This document shows, piece after piece, positions 1 to 11,747 of a stretch of DNA of 64,000 bases. This stretch comes from Tubiluchus corallicola (lineage: Eukaryota; Animalia; Priapulida). Each line of letters starts with the position of its first letter. Position 1 is the stretch's first letter. The position numbers and the translations under genes are program-made. Location: assembly GCA_030141605.1 (NCBI GenBank), contig JAQGDQ010000139.1:310001-374000 (forward strand), in the 5' to 3' direction. The notes beneath the pieces are model-generated. The model was given only the letters and a program-made list of their open reading frames with translations, had not been told where the DNA came from and ran no database searches.

Positions 1-361
1 AGTTTCTCCTTTTTCCACAGAACTATAAATTTAAATGTAAAACTCCTGCCAAGCCCCTGCATTTTCCTACACAGTCTTCCTTTTTGGTTGTTTTCACTTA
101 CTGGGCCTAGAGAAACACCATGTAGGAGAGTTATTTGGGGGGAAGCTTAGGGGGAAGGGTCTTGGAGGGAAATTCATATTTCTTTGGAAAAAGGAGAAAG
201 GGATTACATGATGATGTGAATCTCTTCTACAAATGCCTCTAATGGGATGAAGGACTAAAAGCCTAAGAGTTAATTAAAAGCAAATATTTTTTTCTGTACG
301 ACTCACTACCTCCTATGGTGAAGGTAAATTATGTCATTATACTCATTAGAAAAGGTCTTAC

Positions 362-2143
362 CTGTCAAAACTGAGAACAACGAAGTGCAGCGTGACAGCC
401 TGCAATTGATTGTGAGTCAGCCCATAAAATGTAAATTCTTCATTGTAGACAGGATTTGTTGTCTTTCGAAGTACTCGAGTCTTGACTTTGTGCTGTTTTT
501 CAGGTAGGAGTTGTAGCTTGACGTATGGATCTGAACTGCCGGTGTTGGTGTCTTTGGCTGGTAATTCACAACAACGCAAAACCGTCACCAGAAATGCCCC
601 TTTCTCTGTGTTGTATTTAACAGTAAAATGCAATTCTCCCAACTTGCCATCTTTGTTAGTTTTCGGTTCGCTGCTACTGCCCTCTGCTTCTTTAACGCTA
701 CTGTCACTTGATGGTGACACCTCATTTTCTATGTGACATGTTATTTTCTCAGTACCATTTGCAGGACTCAGATTCTGTTGCGGTCGCCTTGATAAATCTA
801 ATTGTGGAAATTCTTTTTGTGGTTGAGTTGGACTGGGGCTTTTCTTGGTGACCACGTGGATGGTCTTGATACCAGTGGGCGATGCCATCAAGCTGCCTGA
901 AGCCGGTTCTTTCAGCGTCTTTTTTATGGCGGATGACAGCTTGTTGGACCCTCCACGGCGCCGATAACAAACGTAGAGCATGACCACCATGACTCCCAGA
1001 AGAACTGACGCCACAGCGCATATTCCTAGCAACGCTGGCGTGGAAAGAACCTTGCCAGAGTGCACTGAAAGAAAACCAAATTTAAAAAATGGCTCATAAA
1101 GCATTAATCCATGTGTCACTTTTTATTTATTACTTTATCTATCTATTTTTATTTACTTATATTTGTACCGCAAAGCGCACGGATGCAAAGCATTAAAACC
1201 AGCAATACGAACAAATAGATAATCTAGAATCAACGACATGACTTATATGGCCTGCTACTAATAAAATGAAAATTAAATGGTTACACCAAATTTTATTACT
1301 GCACTTTATTATCAATCCATCCTAACCTCTAAAAGAACCAATTTTTCCTTTAATCAATACTGTTACTGCTTATAGTATGATTTATGATGATAATAAAGGT
1401 AACAGTAGTCAGTGGAAAGGTTAATTATTGTGCAAAATGCAATGATAATCGCTGTTGTTTACGATGAAAATGATGACAATGTTAGCAATAATTATAATTT
1501 AGCCAAAATTTTAGTGATAGATGACAATGATGGCGACAGTAATGATGATGACGACAACGAGGTGATGATGATGACGATGACAATGGCGACGATATTAATG
1601 ATAATGGCAATGACGAAAGTAATGATGACAGCAATGTATGATCCTGTAACTTATTTTTTCGCTTGGTTGTTGTATATCAGTAGAACGTTTAGCGTAGAGG
1701 TAAATATGGGAGCAGAGAAAATGGGAGGGTATCTAGGTGCTTCAAGTCACTGCACTTCCAAGCGCCACGAGTTTTGGAAAACAGAACTCGTAATAACGAA
1801 AGTTTCTGCTATGACCTCAAAGATGTAATTACTTTGCAAATGTTCAATGTGAACAATAACTTTAACCTTTTACAATAAAATTATTTCCTTTCCATGGTAA
1901 CTAAGTCTTGTCGGCCTAATAGTTTAAATCTAACACATTAATTGTTGTTTAGGCCTCCTTTATATACGTATATAATATAAGCACTAAACCTTAAAAATTA
2001 TTATTTTGTATACTATTAATATATATTAACTTTGCTATAACTTTTGTTGCCGATGTATAGCACTGTCGTCAACGTAAAATCACGGCTAAATGTTTCTGAG
2101 AAGTTATAAATATCTTACCATCTGGACTTAACATTTTGACCAT
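362..2143 (-). CDS. SYT4: Synaptotagmin-4/11-like, 5' part (exons 2119-2143 and 362-1064; gene continues left of the window)
   Basis: Exon 1 reads ATG GTC AAA...GAT G|GTAAGA and splices to TTTCAG|TG CAC, giving [14 protein letters not shown] single TM helix ([24 protein letters not shown]) is followed by a linker and C2A ([25 protein letters not shown]...FTFYG...[10 protein letters not shown]|GT). The LSFDR Asp-to-Ser signature is typical of the Syt4/11 class. Confidence 0.88.
1410..1640. repeat. Degenerate (GAT/GAC/AAT)n low-complexity trinucleotide tract in synaptotagmin intron 1
   Basis: Runs such as gatgatgacgacaacgaggtgatgatgatgacgatg; explains the spurious D/M-rich ORF 1412-1828. Confidence 0.75.
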
Positions 2144-2378
2144 GGCTTCAATATGGCCACTATAATCTGGTAGAATGCATCACAGACTGCTTACTAATTT
2201 CATCAATCGCCTTTCCCATCAATCGCACATCGTTTTGTTTATCATAATTTACATTTTCTTTTCCTCTTTCTTTTATTTTTATAAAAATATCACAAATAGA
2301 TCTTATACTGCAGCGCTGTTTCACGATGGCTTCTCTCTGAGCCTGCAATTATAATACGTAAGTACGTACGTAAACACG

Positions 2379-2392
2379 GTCGCCTAGGGAAC
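2379..2392. promoter_or_regulatory. RFX X-box-like motif upstream of the synaptotagmin ATG
   Basis: GTCGCCTAGGGAAC, about 240 bp upstream of the start codon; a second X-box-like site CTTTCCATGGTAAC lies at 1888-1901 in intron 1. Confidence 0.45.
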
Positions 2393-3014
2393 CAGTGTGA
2401 TTCGGATCAATATTGAGAAGCCAAGTTTGTTAAGCCGCCATAGCAAGAATAAGAAAAGGCAGAAATTTTAGGCATTCGAATGATTAATCGGTTTTTGGAA
2501 TTGTGCTGCCGTTTGAAGACCTATTTTCTATTTTTATTGTGCTATTGCAAAATAAAAATAGGTTTTTATATACACACATAAGTATATACAAGAAGTACAA
2601 GTATTTCAAAATATATATAAGAAGCGGTGATAAGTCTCAATCAAGGCTTTATTAAGAGCTTGCGTCAATCCACTTGCTTTCAAGTTGTAGCTGTTTGACA
2701 ACGTACTTAGCATGTCAGAAATTGAAAACTTTGCGAGCTATAGTCACGTTAGTGGGTGGTAATGCTGAGTTGTCCTGTGCTACTGCTTGCTATTCGAAAA
2801 AAAAACAATTGTAAAAGTCCTTTTAGTTCTATTCCTATTTGTACGTAATCACATACACTGCCATTTTTAGTAACATGACACCATGATCACTCTGAAGTTT
2901 GGAATTTTGAAATTTGGAATTGCAGCTTCAACTGTAGTCTCTTGTATCATTAGTAAACAACGCAGTTTCTGTTGTTTTTACGTGTAAACATTTGTTCAAC
3001 TAGACCCAGGTGAA

Positions 3015-3027
3015 CCAGTAGATGGCG
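3015..3027 (+). promoter_or_regulatory. CTCF-like core motif
   Basis: CCAGTAGATGGCG fits the CCASYAGRKGGC core; motif match only. Confidence 0.35.
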
Positions 3028-3419
3028 TCTACACAAATTTTTACCTAGAGCTCTTGCGAACTCATAGAGTTTCGTTTTCATTTTTATGATGAATGGAAAA
3101 ATACATATACATATACAAATACAGCAAATAATAAAATACCGCAAAATAAATTTCCCTGGTAGGACAGCACACACATGCGATGATGTTGTAAACTTGACTG
3201 ATATATTATGTAGATGTGTTTGTTATAAATTATGGTAGTTTTTAATCAACTTCGCTTAAAAATAGCCCTGTATTTGTAGGGACGTGTTCCTGCACACGTT
3301 GCTTATTTAAGTGTGTAATTTGTTACTTGTACTTGTGTTTATGTTTGCAAAATAAAACGTTCATTATTATTGCAATAACTGTGAAAACAAAAGCTATATT
3401 GATTGATCAGTTTATTTCA

Positions 3420-5560
3420 GCTAAAAGCCATATACAAATACATACACACATACAATAAAATTTAAACTATAGCACACAATATGTTAAATATCTATAACTA
3501 AAAAATCACATAAAATTAGACATTAGGGTAAAAAATTATATACAAAGTATAAGTTATCATATACACAGACGCTATATAAGTGAACCTGATAAAAGTACCT
3601 GCGACCAGTGCAACATGATGTTTGGCTTATATCGTACGTCAGATACATTAATAAAACCACTGATAATAAAATTATCACTTTCTTCGTTGATTCTTGACCA
3701 GAATACTATATGCAGCTTTTCTTATTACAGTGAAATGTGGAACACGGTTTGTTGCACACATATATGAAGCTCTAGTGCCATATTCTTAATTAAAAATTTT
3801 CTAATTTTCCACGTAATATTATACGTGGGTCTAAGTGTACGAATATTGTACAAATTAAATTTCACCCATGGACTAGAACGGTTGAACTGAGTACAGTATG
3901 ATCGGAATAATACCTCTATGACATGTACCAAATCTCTTAATAACACAATTGGCTCTTATGTAAAGTAATCTTATCTTATTCAAAATTTCAGTATTATCAC
4001 TTACGTTATCACACACGTAATGTAAGGAGAAAGAATTCCATCTTCAATCTCAGGTCATTTGACACAGAAAAATAATCAGAGTAAGTTTTGCTTCAGCGGA
4101 CACGTACCCGCTGTGAAGTATACCAATATTTCAGCGTAGATAACATTGAAACAGGAAGCCCAAGAGCAGTGAGTTTCTTAAGAAGTCCAGTATGACTCAC
4201 ATGATCACATTCCTTACTGGCGCTAACTAGGCACACAAATGTAGGACTAAAATTTTTATAATAAGTATGTAGTATCTCTTTAAGCGTATATATACATAAT
4301 TCAGTATGTAGTATCTCTTTAAGCGTATATATACATAATTCAGTACTATATATCCCTTTTTGAATCCAAACTGATTTTCTGTAGATACTAGTAAGTTTTC
4401 ACTACTAAGTTTTATCTACTAAGTAAAATGACCCGCTCTAGCACCTTACTAGACACTGTAGATATAGCTATTTGTCTAAAATTGTCGCTATCCGTTATAT
4501 CAAGACTCTTGTTTTTCATCAGAGATACAATTACATAGTCAGTAATAATAGCAGGTGTATACACATGGTTGAACATACAAGTGAGCCACAGAGACAACAA
4601 TGCATAGAATCTATAGCTAGCAAAAATCACACCAGTGTTTCTCATCACATCACATATTATTCAGCATATTATTCATACTATCAAGCCCATATGTCTTATA
4701 TTGTTAAGAGATCTAATAGAGCTTATAATTTCTGATACATTAGCTTGAATATCTACCAGTTCATAATCACTGTTTAACTTACTATTTGACACAGAATTCA
4801 ATAATTGCTCGTAACACCTCTTCCAGAGTTTACAAACATTTTCTTCACCGTGCGCATCATCGATTTTGTAAGGGAGCGTAATATTATTGTTGCCGTCTTT
4901 CTCCAAAACTTATAAGGTGTCTCATTAAATAAACTATGAGCAAAATTATCGTTACGAATAAGCAATTCTTGTGCACGGGCATTCCTGAGGGCAAGCTTAA
5001 AATTAGATCGAGTAGTATCTTCAAATATCTCACCCTGGCGGGGGCAATTCTGCATCTTCCATAATAGGAAGGCACATCTGGAGCATTCATAATTATACAT
5101 CGCGTAGATAATTATTCAGGTACTGATCTAAAATTGTTAGAGTTGGGCTGGTGACTACTTTTTAGAGTAATAGCTCTAGTGCAAGCAGATACGAGTGTTG
5201 AAGTAATATCATAACAAAGTCTAGTCAAGAAATTAAATGGCTTTCTCGAGATTCACATTTACCGTTACATATGACAGCATCAACAGGAATCGGGAAACCA
5301 TCAGTAAGTTCATTGTATAACCGAAGTGTTTGGTCATTGGCCTTGTCAGGTTTGTGGGAGTAACCATTGCTTTTACTATCATTATAATTACAGAGAAATT
5401 CATTGCTGATTTCAGTACTACTGTTTTCAAGCCTATATGCAGAATATAACTGATTCAAATTACTAGTAATAGTCATGGGAAAATCATTGTAAGTGGTCAT
5501 ATTGTAATTTATTGCCATATCTATAATACTATCGCGGAAGGCATAACTAGACCTAACGTG
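3420..5560 (-). mobile_element. Decayed non-LTR retrotransposon (LINE ORF2, reverse transcriptase remnants)
   Basis: Fragmented minus-strand ORFs with RT motifs (SDNFRQIAISTVSSKVLERVIL; QFGFKKG; FKLALRNAR...FWR), stops and frameshifts, and an internal 39-bp tandem duplication at about 4264-4345. Confidence 0.8.
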
Positions 5561-7199
5561 GAAGGACTAATCAAGAGCCTGAATTATGGGCACTACTCAT
5601 CTTCAGGAAGCAACACCAGATATAAAAAATATATAAAAAGATCAAATTTCACAATAAGGAAAATGCAATAAATCCAGATGTAAACACTTCATCAATCGCT
5701 CTTGGTCATAATCTCAAAATAGGGCCGAAAGATCAGCTCCGTAATATACTTTCCTCTGTCCACTGCGGCAGGATATCAGAGCCTGATCAGGGTTGCGAAT
5801 ATTAACACTTGAATAAATATTATAATAACGCTGGCCAATCAATGTCCTTGTTCTCAGGTCTGCTCTACCTAGCCGTGTTTAGCTGACCGGGGCCTCTGGT
5901 CAGTCAATTCCTAGTGCAGCTAGGAGAATCAGAACGTTCAAAACACTGTTGTTTTGGAGTTTGTAAGTGTCGAGTCTCGAGTGTTGAAGGATCGCATAGA
6001 TGCCGAGAACGACAGTGAAATTTGAATGTCATTCAAGTTTAACGACATCAAGCTGGTCTTGATTTTCGTCAGTCTCCGTCGTCATTGTTACAATTGAATA
6101 GCCAACAGCAATGCGCGCTGGTGGCTCAACTACAAGGTGAGTGATGGCTTCATGGGTGACTGCAGGACCGGACAGGTAATTTGACACCCTAGCAGAAAAT
6201 ATCTTCAAGGTTACCCCTCTTCCTCAACCCTTCCCCTATAACCCCACAGTCCCTTCCCAGCCCAAGAACTGAACTTTTGTTACACGTTAATAGCATTATG
6301 GTACCCGTGTGTGAGGCTTGTACATTTATTATAGTGTACTAAATAAATGTAGTTAATAAAATTTCAAATCTTGCCAGTACTAGTACTAGTGCTAGTAAGA
6401 CAGTACTAGTAAGCAAAGTTAAAATAAAGCGAAAAGCTTGCTATTTAGAATACTACAGTAACGAAAAGGTGTTTAATAACCCCTCTTTCCACCCGCCCCC
6501 ATTTCTTTGTGTCTGCCGCTTAGATTTTATCTTTTTTCATCCGCTTACATGTGTGATCTTTGTCGTTCTACGATAAGATATATTATTGGTTATAGAATGA
6601 CACTATATTCATGGTGTGGCAGTATCCTCTAAAAGGAGTATGAGTAGAGTATTTTGTTTTGTAGTTGGGGTAGGCTTCATGCTGATTTTTAAACATAATT
6701 ATCACTCAATTAATCGTTGAACACGTAGACTTTGTATGGTGACTGTTAACTGTGCTGGCTATTACTGACAGCGTCTCTACGTTACAACAGTAAATTATCA
6801 TTAGTAAACTTACGATATGATAAATAGCTCCTCACATACACCCTGCAAAAACGTGGCGGCCATTTTTTTCGCCTTTAGCCCCTTCCCGCTGATTTTTCAA
6901 ACTGGCAGTAGCTTTTTTCTGGTTCAGTGTAGTCAAATAGATAAGACTGGGTATGAAGTGCACTTTTAGAGAAAAACGTCCCCAGAACTTTACTTAAGCT
7001 CATTTTCGGGAATTTGGTCTAGTCTAATAATAACTTTTAATTTTAAAGTTCGCATTAGAGATAAACCCATGAGTTTGAACGATGAATATGCGCTCTGCGG
7101 TGACTCCGTTACAATCCTGTGCGAATTATACCATGAAGTAAATGAATTTGTCACTTTGTGACTTGTTAGTTTCTAGTACTTTGAATGGCATTATCCTAA

Positions 7200-7440
7200 A
7201 AGGCGTCAGAATCTAATTGCTGTACAACGGTCAGAATCTAACCTAAATCGAACATCCAGAGACGCCAGTATCTGCCTATTACACAATGGACTACAGTAGG
7301 AAGCTGACCAACACACAACGACCATATACGTCAGAAATTTGACTGACAGCATATGACTAAAATACAATGTCAACAGATCTCAGCATCTGACCATTGTACC
7401 ACTAACAACGAACTGACCAAAACACACCCATCTCAAAAAC
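7200..7440. repeat. Degenerate short tandem/palindromic repeats (gtcagaatct / ctgacca), probable MITE remnant
   Basis: GTCAGAA and CTGACCA motifs recur at roughly 20-25 bp spacing. Confidence 0.35.
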
Positions 7441-9580
7441 CAAGAGTGGCTACTGGTAATGCTAAAAGCGTAAAAGTTGGATAACGCTTAATCTTTGAAA
7501 GTTTTCCATTTCTTAAATTGATCTGTCATAATTTGCTATTGCAAAAAATTAGGTCTCCGCTTCATGCGTCAGTATAATCGTGGCCATAAAGAATCTGTTA
7601 ACTTTGTACTACAGTTATAAAGTTTTGTTGTGGTAATTTTGAGGTTTTGCACTTTTTTTGGGAAAGCAAAGCATGCAAACTTTTTAAGCCCTGAAAGTAA
7701 GAATTTCTTTTACAATTTGGCGCCACCTTCATAGAAATGAGTGTTGTACTGTTTACATTATTTGTTTTGCCTTTATGATTTACTTGTTCAGTCTTTACAA
7801 GTTTTATTTATTTTTTACAGCATAATTATGTTTGTTAAATTTAGTGTTCATTATTTAATGGTTAATTTCAGCTAAGCTACATTGTTATTTTCAGAATTTG
7901 TTGTTTATTCTTCATTTGTCTACATTCTTCTACACTTTTTTGACAATTCACATTTACAGATTCATTATTTAACTTGGGATAAATGTGGCTCTATGGATGT
8001 TCTCGTCGCCCTGTCTCTCATCGCGTTTATTAATTTGCAAATTTAATGTAAAGAGGCAAATAAATCTTTACTTAATGTTACAGAACACCTTCAAGCTCGA
8101 AACTGTCAAATGCACTTTAACTCGTCCGTTCACAAGCTTTTCTATTTGATGTATTTGCATGGAGCACTTCCTGTTTCAGATTACAAAAATAATCACAGAA
8201 GTAAAGTAAAGTGTAGTATGTTTGACTGTCAGCATAAGTCAAATGGTAACCTAAAACCAGTAATTTTAGAGTCACTTTCAGCATGTATGATGTTATTTAC
8301 GGTTACTTCTTTATCCGCGAGCACAGAAGATCTAAGAGAAGCCCAACACTTATGTTTATGGATTTGTTAGAGATCGATTCATAATATTTCCATAACGGTA
8401 AAACTAAAAATCCTAGTATCTGAACTATTACTCAAAATGTAACACATGTTACTAAAATCTCATCTTAGTTGTTACTAAAATCACAGTCCATAACAACTTT
8501 TTCCCTTAAACTCCCTTTTTTCCTTCTTCCCTTAGCAAACGAAGTAAATTTCATAATGGAAATTTCAGAAAATTCTGAAATAGCAAAACTCTCTTATTAA
8601 CTGCATATGATCATAATTTCAATAATGTGATATAACGACACTTGACATGTCAACTGAAAGGTTTCTGGTTCAAATCCAGGCTCAGTAACAATCCCCACTT
8701 TATTCACATTTTCTTTCTTTCGGGCAAGGCTGGCTTCAAAATTCAAAAATTGTAGGCTTTTAACATATTATCAGTAATACTGTCTTTTTGCTTGGCACTT
8801 TATTTGTGAAATTTTGATGTCAGCATTTTTAAAAACACTGTCTTTCTTACAGTTCTTTGCAAACATTAAAAACAAAGTGCTAAAGTTAATGAGTTTTAAG
8901 AATTGTTATTAGCAACTATCGAGACATTCAAGAAGTTATAATCTCAATATACATATATATTGGGAGAGCTGAATTGACAGATGAAACAATGTGAAAATTA
9001 TGGCAATACATGTAAATGGATGAAAATGAAAATTGGTAAGCCGTACTATACAACTGCTTGAGTTACATGTGCATACCTAAAAGCAAATAAATAAATAAAT
9101 AGATAGCATCTAATATTGCATTGCAAACAGTAATAATTACAACCATATTAATTACAATATGCAAGGCATTTGCCTATTCACTAGAGATCTTATGCTCTTA
9201 TTACACCAGCCTAAGTCAAAAGTAAATAAATGCACAACCCAATAATTTCAAAATATCAACAATATTATTTAAAATTATTGCTCATTTATTGGGATCTTAT
9301 TGCATCAGCCACGCTCAAATGCAAGCACATTTTAATCTTTGTCTCTGGAGCATACACCTCATAAAATTCTAAATAAACAAGAGGCTGCCTTTTTGCAGTT
9401 ACTGATGTCTACTATCACTGGTTTGATGCTTTACGAAGCCAAAATAATGTATCTACGTTACAAGAAAGCCAAGTAATCTCTTAAGTTCTACAAATACTAC
9501 CAAGTGAGGAGCCACCAACAAAAAAGTTATGTAGTGATGTAGTTGTAAAAATTTATCAAATGGAGCCGCATTGGATGTAG

Positions 9581-9582
<2 letters not shown>

Positions 9583-9622
<40 letters not shown>

Positions 9623-9636
9623 GTGCATGTGAGTGT
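9583..9636. repeat. (GT)n microsatellite
   Basis: Visible gtgtgt run. Confidence 0.95.
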
Positions 9637-11747
9637 AGAGATAAATTACAACCCTTTTATCAAGTGCCTAAGGCCCTCAACTGCATCCTTGAAGTTATTG
9701 TAGGCTAAGTGTGTAATTTAAGTTTTTATATATTTTTGTCATTAATTATGAATAAAGTAATAATATTTTTTATTTCGTTATTGGATAACACGGAAGAATT
9801 GATGTCACGATTAGAGAAAGTTGTGTTGGTAGGAAAACTGCAAAACAACCCATGTGGCACAAAGGCCTAATACAATTATCTGACAACCAACATTTAACAA
9901 TTACCTACAAATGCCTGATGCTAATAAAAACGATCTTCAATCAGGGACATTTGATAAATTCTTTCAGTATTACTCCAATTCAGGTATATACACAGTTCAA
10001 ATAATGCATATTACAAAGTGGTGAGTCACCAGACGCATTTCCTGAAATCTAGTAAAAACAAGACTGATATAGTAATGCTTGTCCCAGAAAAATGATTAAG
10101 TAATGATTTAGCACAAAGACAAATCGATGGGTATGAACTTGTAGCTTCAGCTGTTGCTGATTTGTCTGAAGATATGTGAAAAATCATGAAGTATGCTTTT
10201 GGTGTGAACTGGACTTTTGAACTAGCGAGTCAGAAATTTGAAAATATCAGTATAGATGTAATGTAATTAAGCCATGTACTCAACATCGCAAAATACCTCC
10301 TACCATAAACATTAAATGGAAAAAAGGGGCTCTTTGCAAAAGTTCACTGTGTCAGAAGCAATGGCCCTGACCTTGGCTCTCCAAGTTATATTCTTACGTA
10401 TAACAAGATTGTTTTAAAAATGCATCATTTTGAATGCTCACGCAAGAATGGCATATTCATGCGCACTCAGGAGAGATGTCACAGAACTATTAAAAGGATG
10501 ACATCTTGGTTGGGAGAGCCATTCCAGAAATGGTATTCACACAATGAATGATACAACTAAGGAAATTCCTTGCAATATGATTTTTGGTATCCAATCTAGA
10601 CTGCCTTATATTCGAAAGGAGCGAATCATGTGTGCAGAATCAGAAGAAACACTGATAACTGCTGACGGGAAAGATACCTATCAGAATATTGGAGACTCTG
10701 TTTATTAGAAAGTAAACCAACACATGCTCACCCCTGGATTGGGCTAAGATAGTGACTCATCTTTTTAAATGCTATTTATTTTTGGTTACTTTCTTGTTGT
10801 TTTGTAGTTTCTAATCATTGGTAATGATTATACATGATGCACTGAATGCACACTATGAGGTGAAGGCCAAGTGTGATTATAGGGTGGGCTAGCAAAAAAG
10901 TATGTTTAGAATGAACGTTATGAATTGTTTTTGGTTGGTGCATCAGTGAAAGGAAACTTTTGAATTCAAGTTTTCATGTACTATGCTGCTAAATTTTGAG
11001 TACAGTAATAATAACATTTTCCCCGACTGGGCAGGTGAAGCACACCCTTTAGACCATCACAAGGGAGGCTCAATTGCAGACTGGGGGGGGGGGGTACTAT
11101 AGGCTTCCTTCTATGTCCAATCTCAGCACATACAGGAAATACTGATTGTTTTCAGCTTCCTCTTAAAAGTTCAAGGCTGCACACTCACAGCAAACAAGAT
11201 TTTCCATGATATAATATTTTAATTGATATATGATTTTTACTATGATTTGGTTGTATTATGATTTTTGCTGGTGGCTCTGCAACTTTTAGCACAAAAAGCA
11301 AGCTTGCAAAAAATATGACAAATATGACAAAGCTAAGCAGATCATGGTAATTTTTACATAATAGTAACTACTCTATTACATAAATGAAGCTGTATTATAA
11401 GGCAGTACACATCATCAAATTGCTGTAGCCCTCAGGCATCAAAATGGCAGACAGCCAGTAATGTGACATTAGTCAAAATTCATACATAATCAAGATGGCA
11501 ACAAAGTAACATAAAAGAATTTTCAAAATACAATGTTATAAAATCAGCAGTTGTAAAACCTGATTTTGTGACTAGTGCTCATAACCTGTTCATTGACTGA
11601 CAGCCATATACGTGACCAAATTCCAGTCATAATGCAAACTACTGTGAACCACATTTTATGAAAATCAGCTAAAACACTAGAAAATGTAAAATCTTTTAAA
11701 AATACATACAAAAGCGATGAAGTTTCTTGCCGACTGATAAGAAATGA

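Noticed and set aside
1412-1828. 138-aa Asp/Met-rich ORF
   Set aside because: Low-complexity trinucleotide tract, antisense within an intron.
10225-10289. Minus-strand C/D-box snoRNA-like stretch with 11-nt complementarity to the 18S rRNA 5' region (CATGGCTTAAT)
   Set aside because: The C box is imperfect, the complementary tract does not abut a D or D' box, and no host intron is evident; likely chance.
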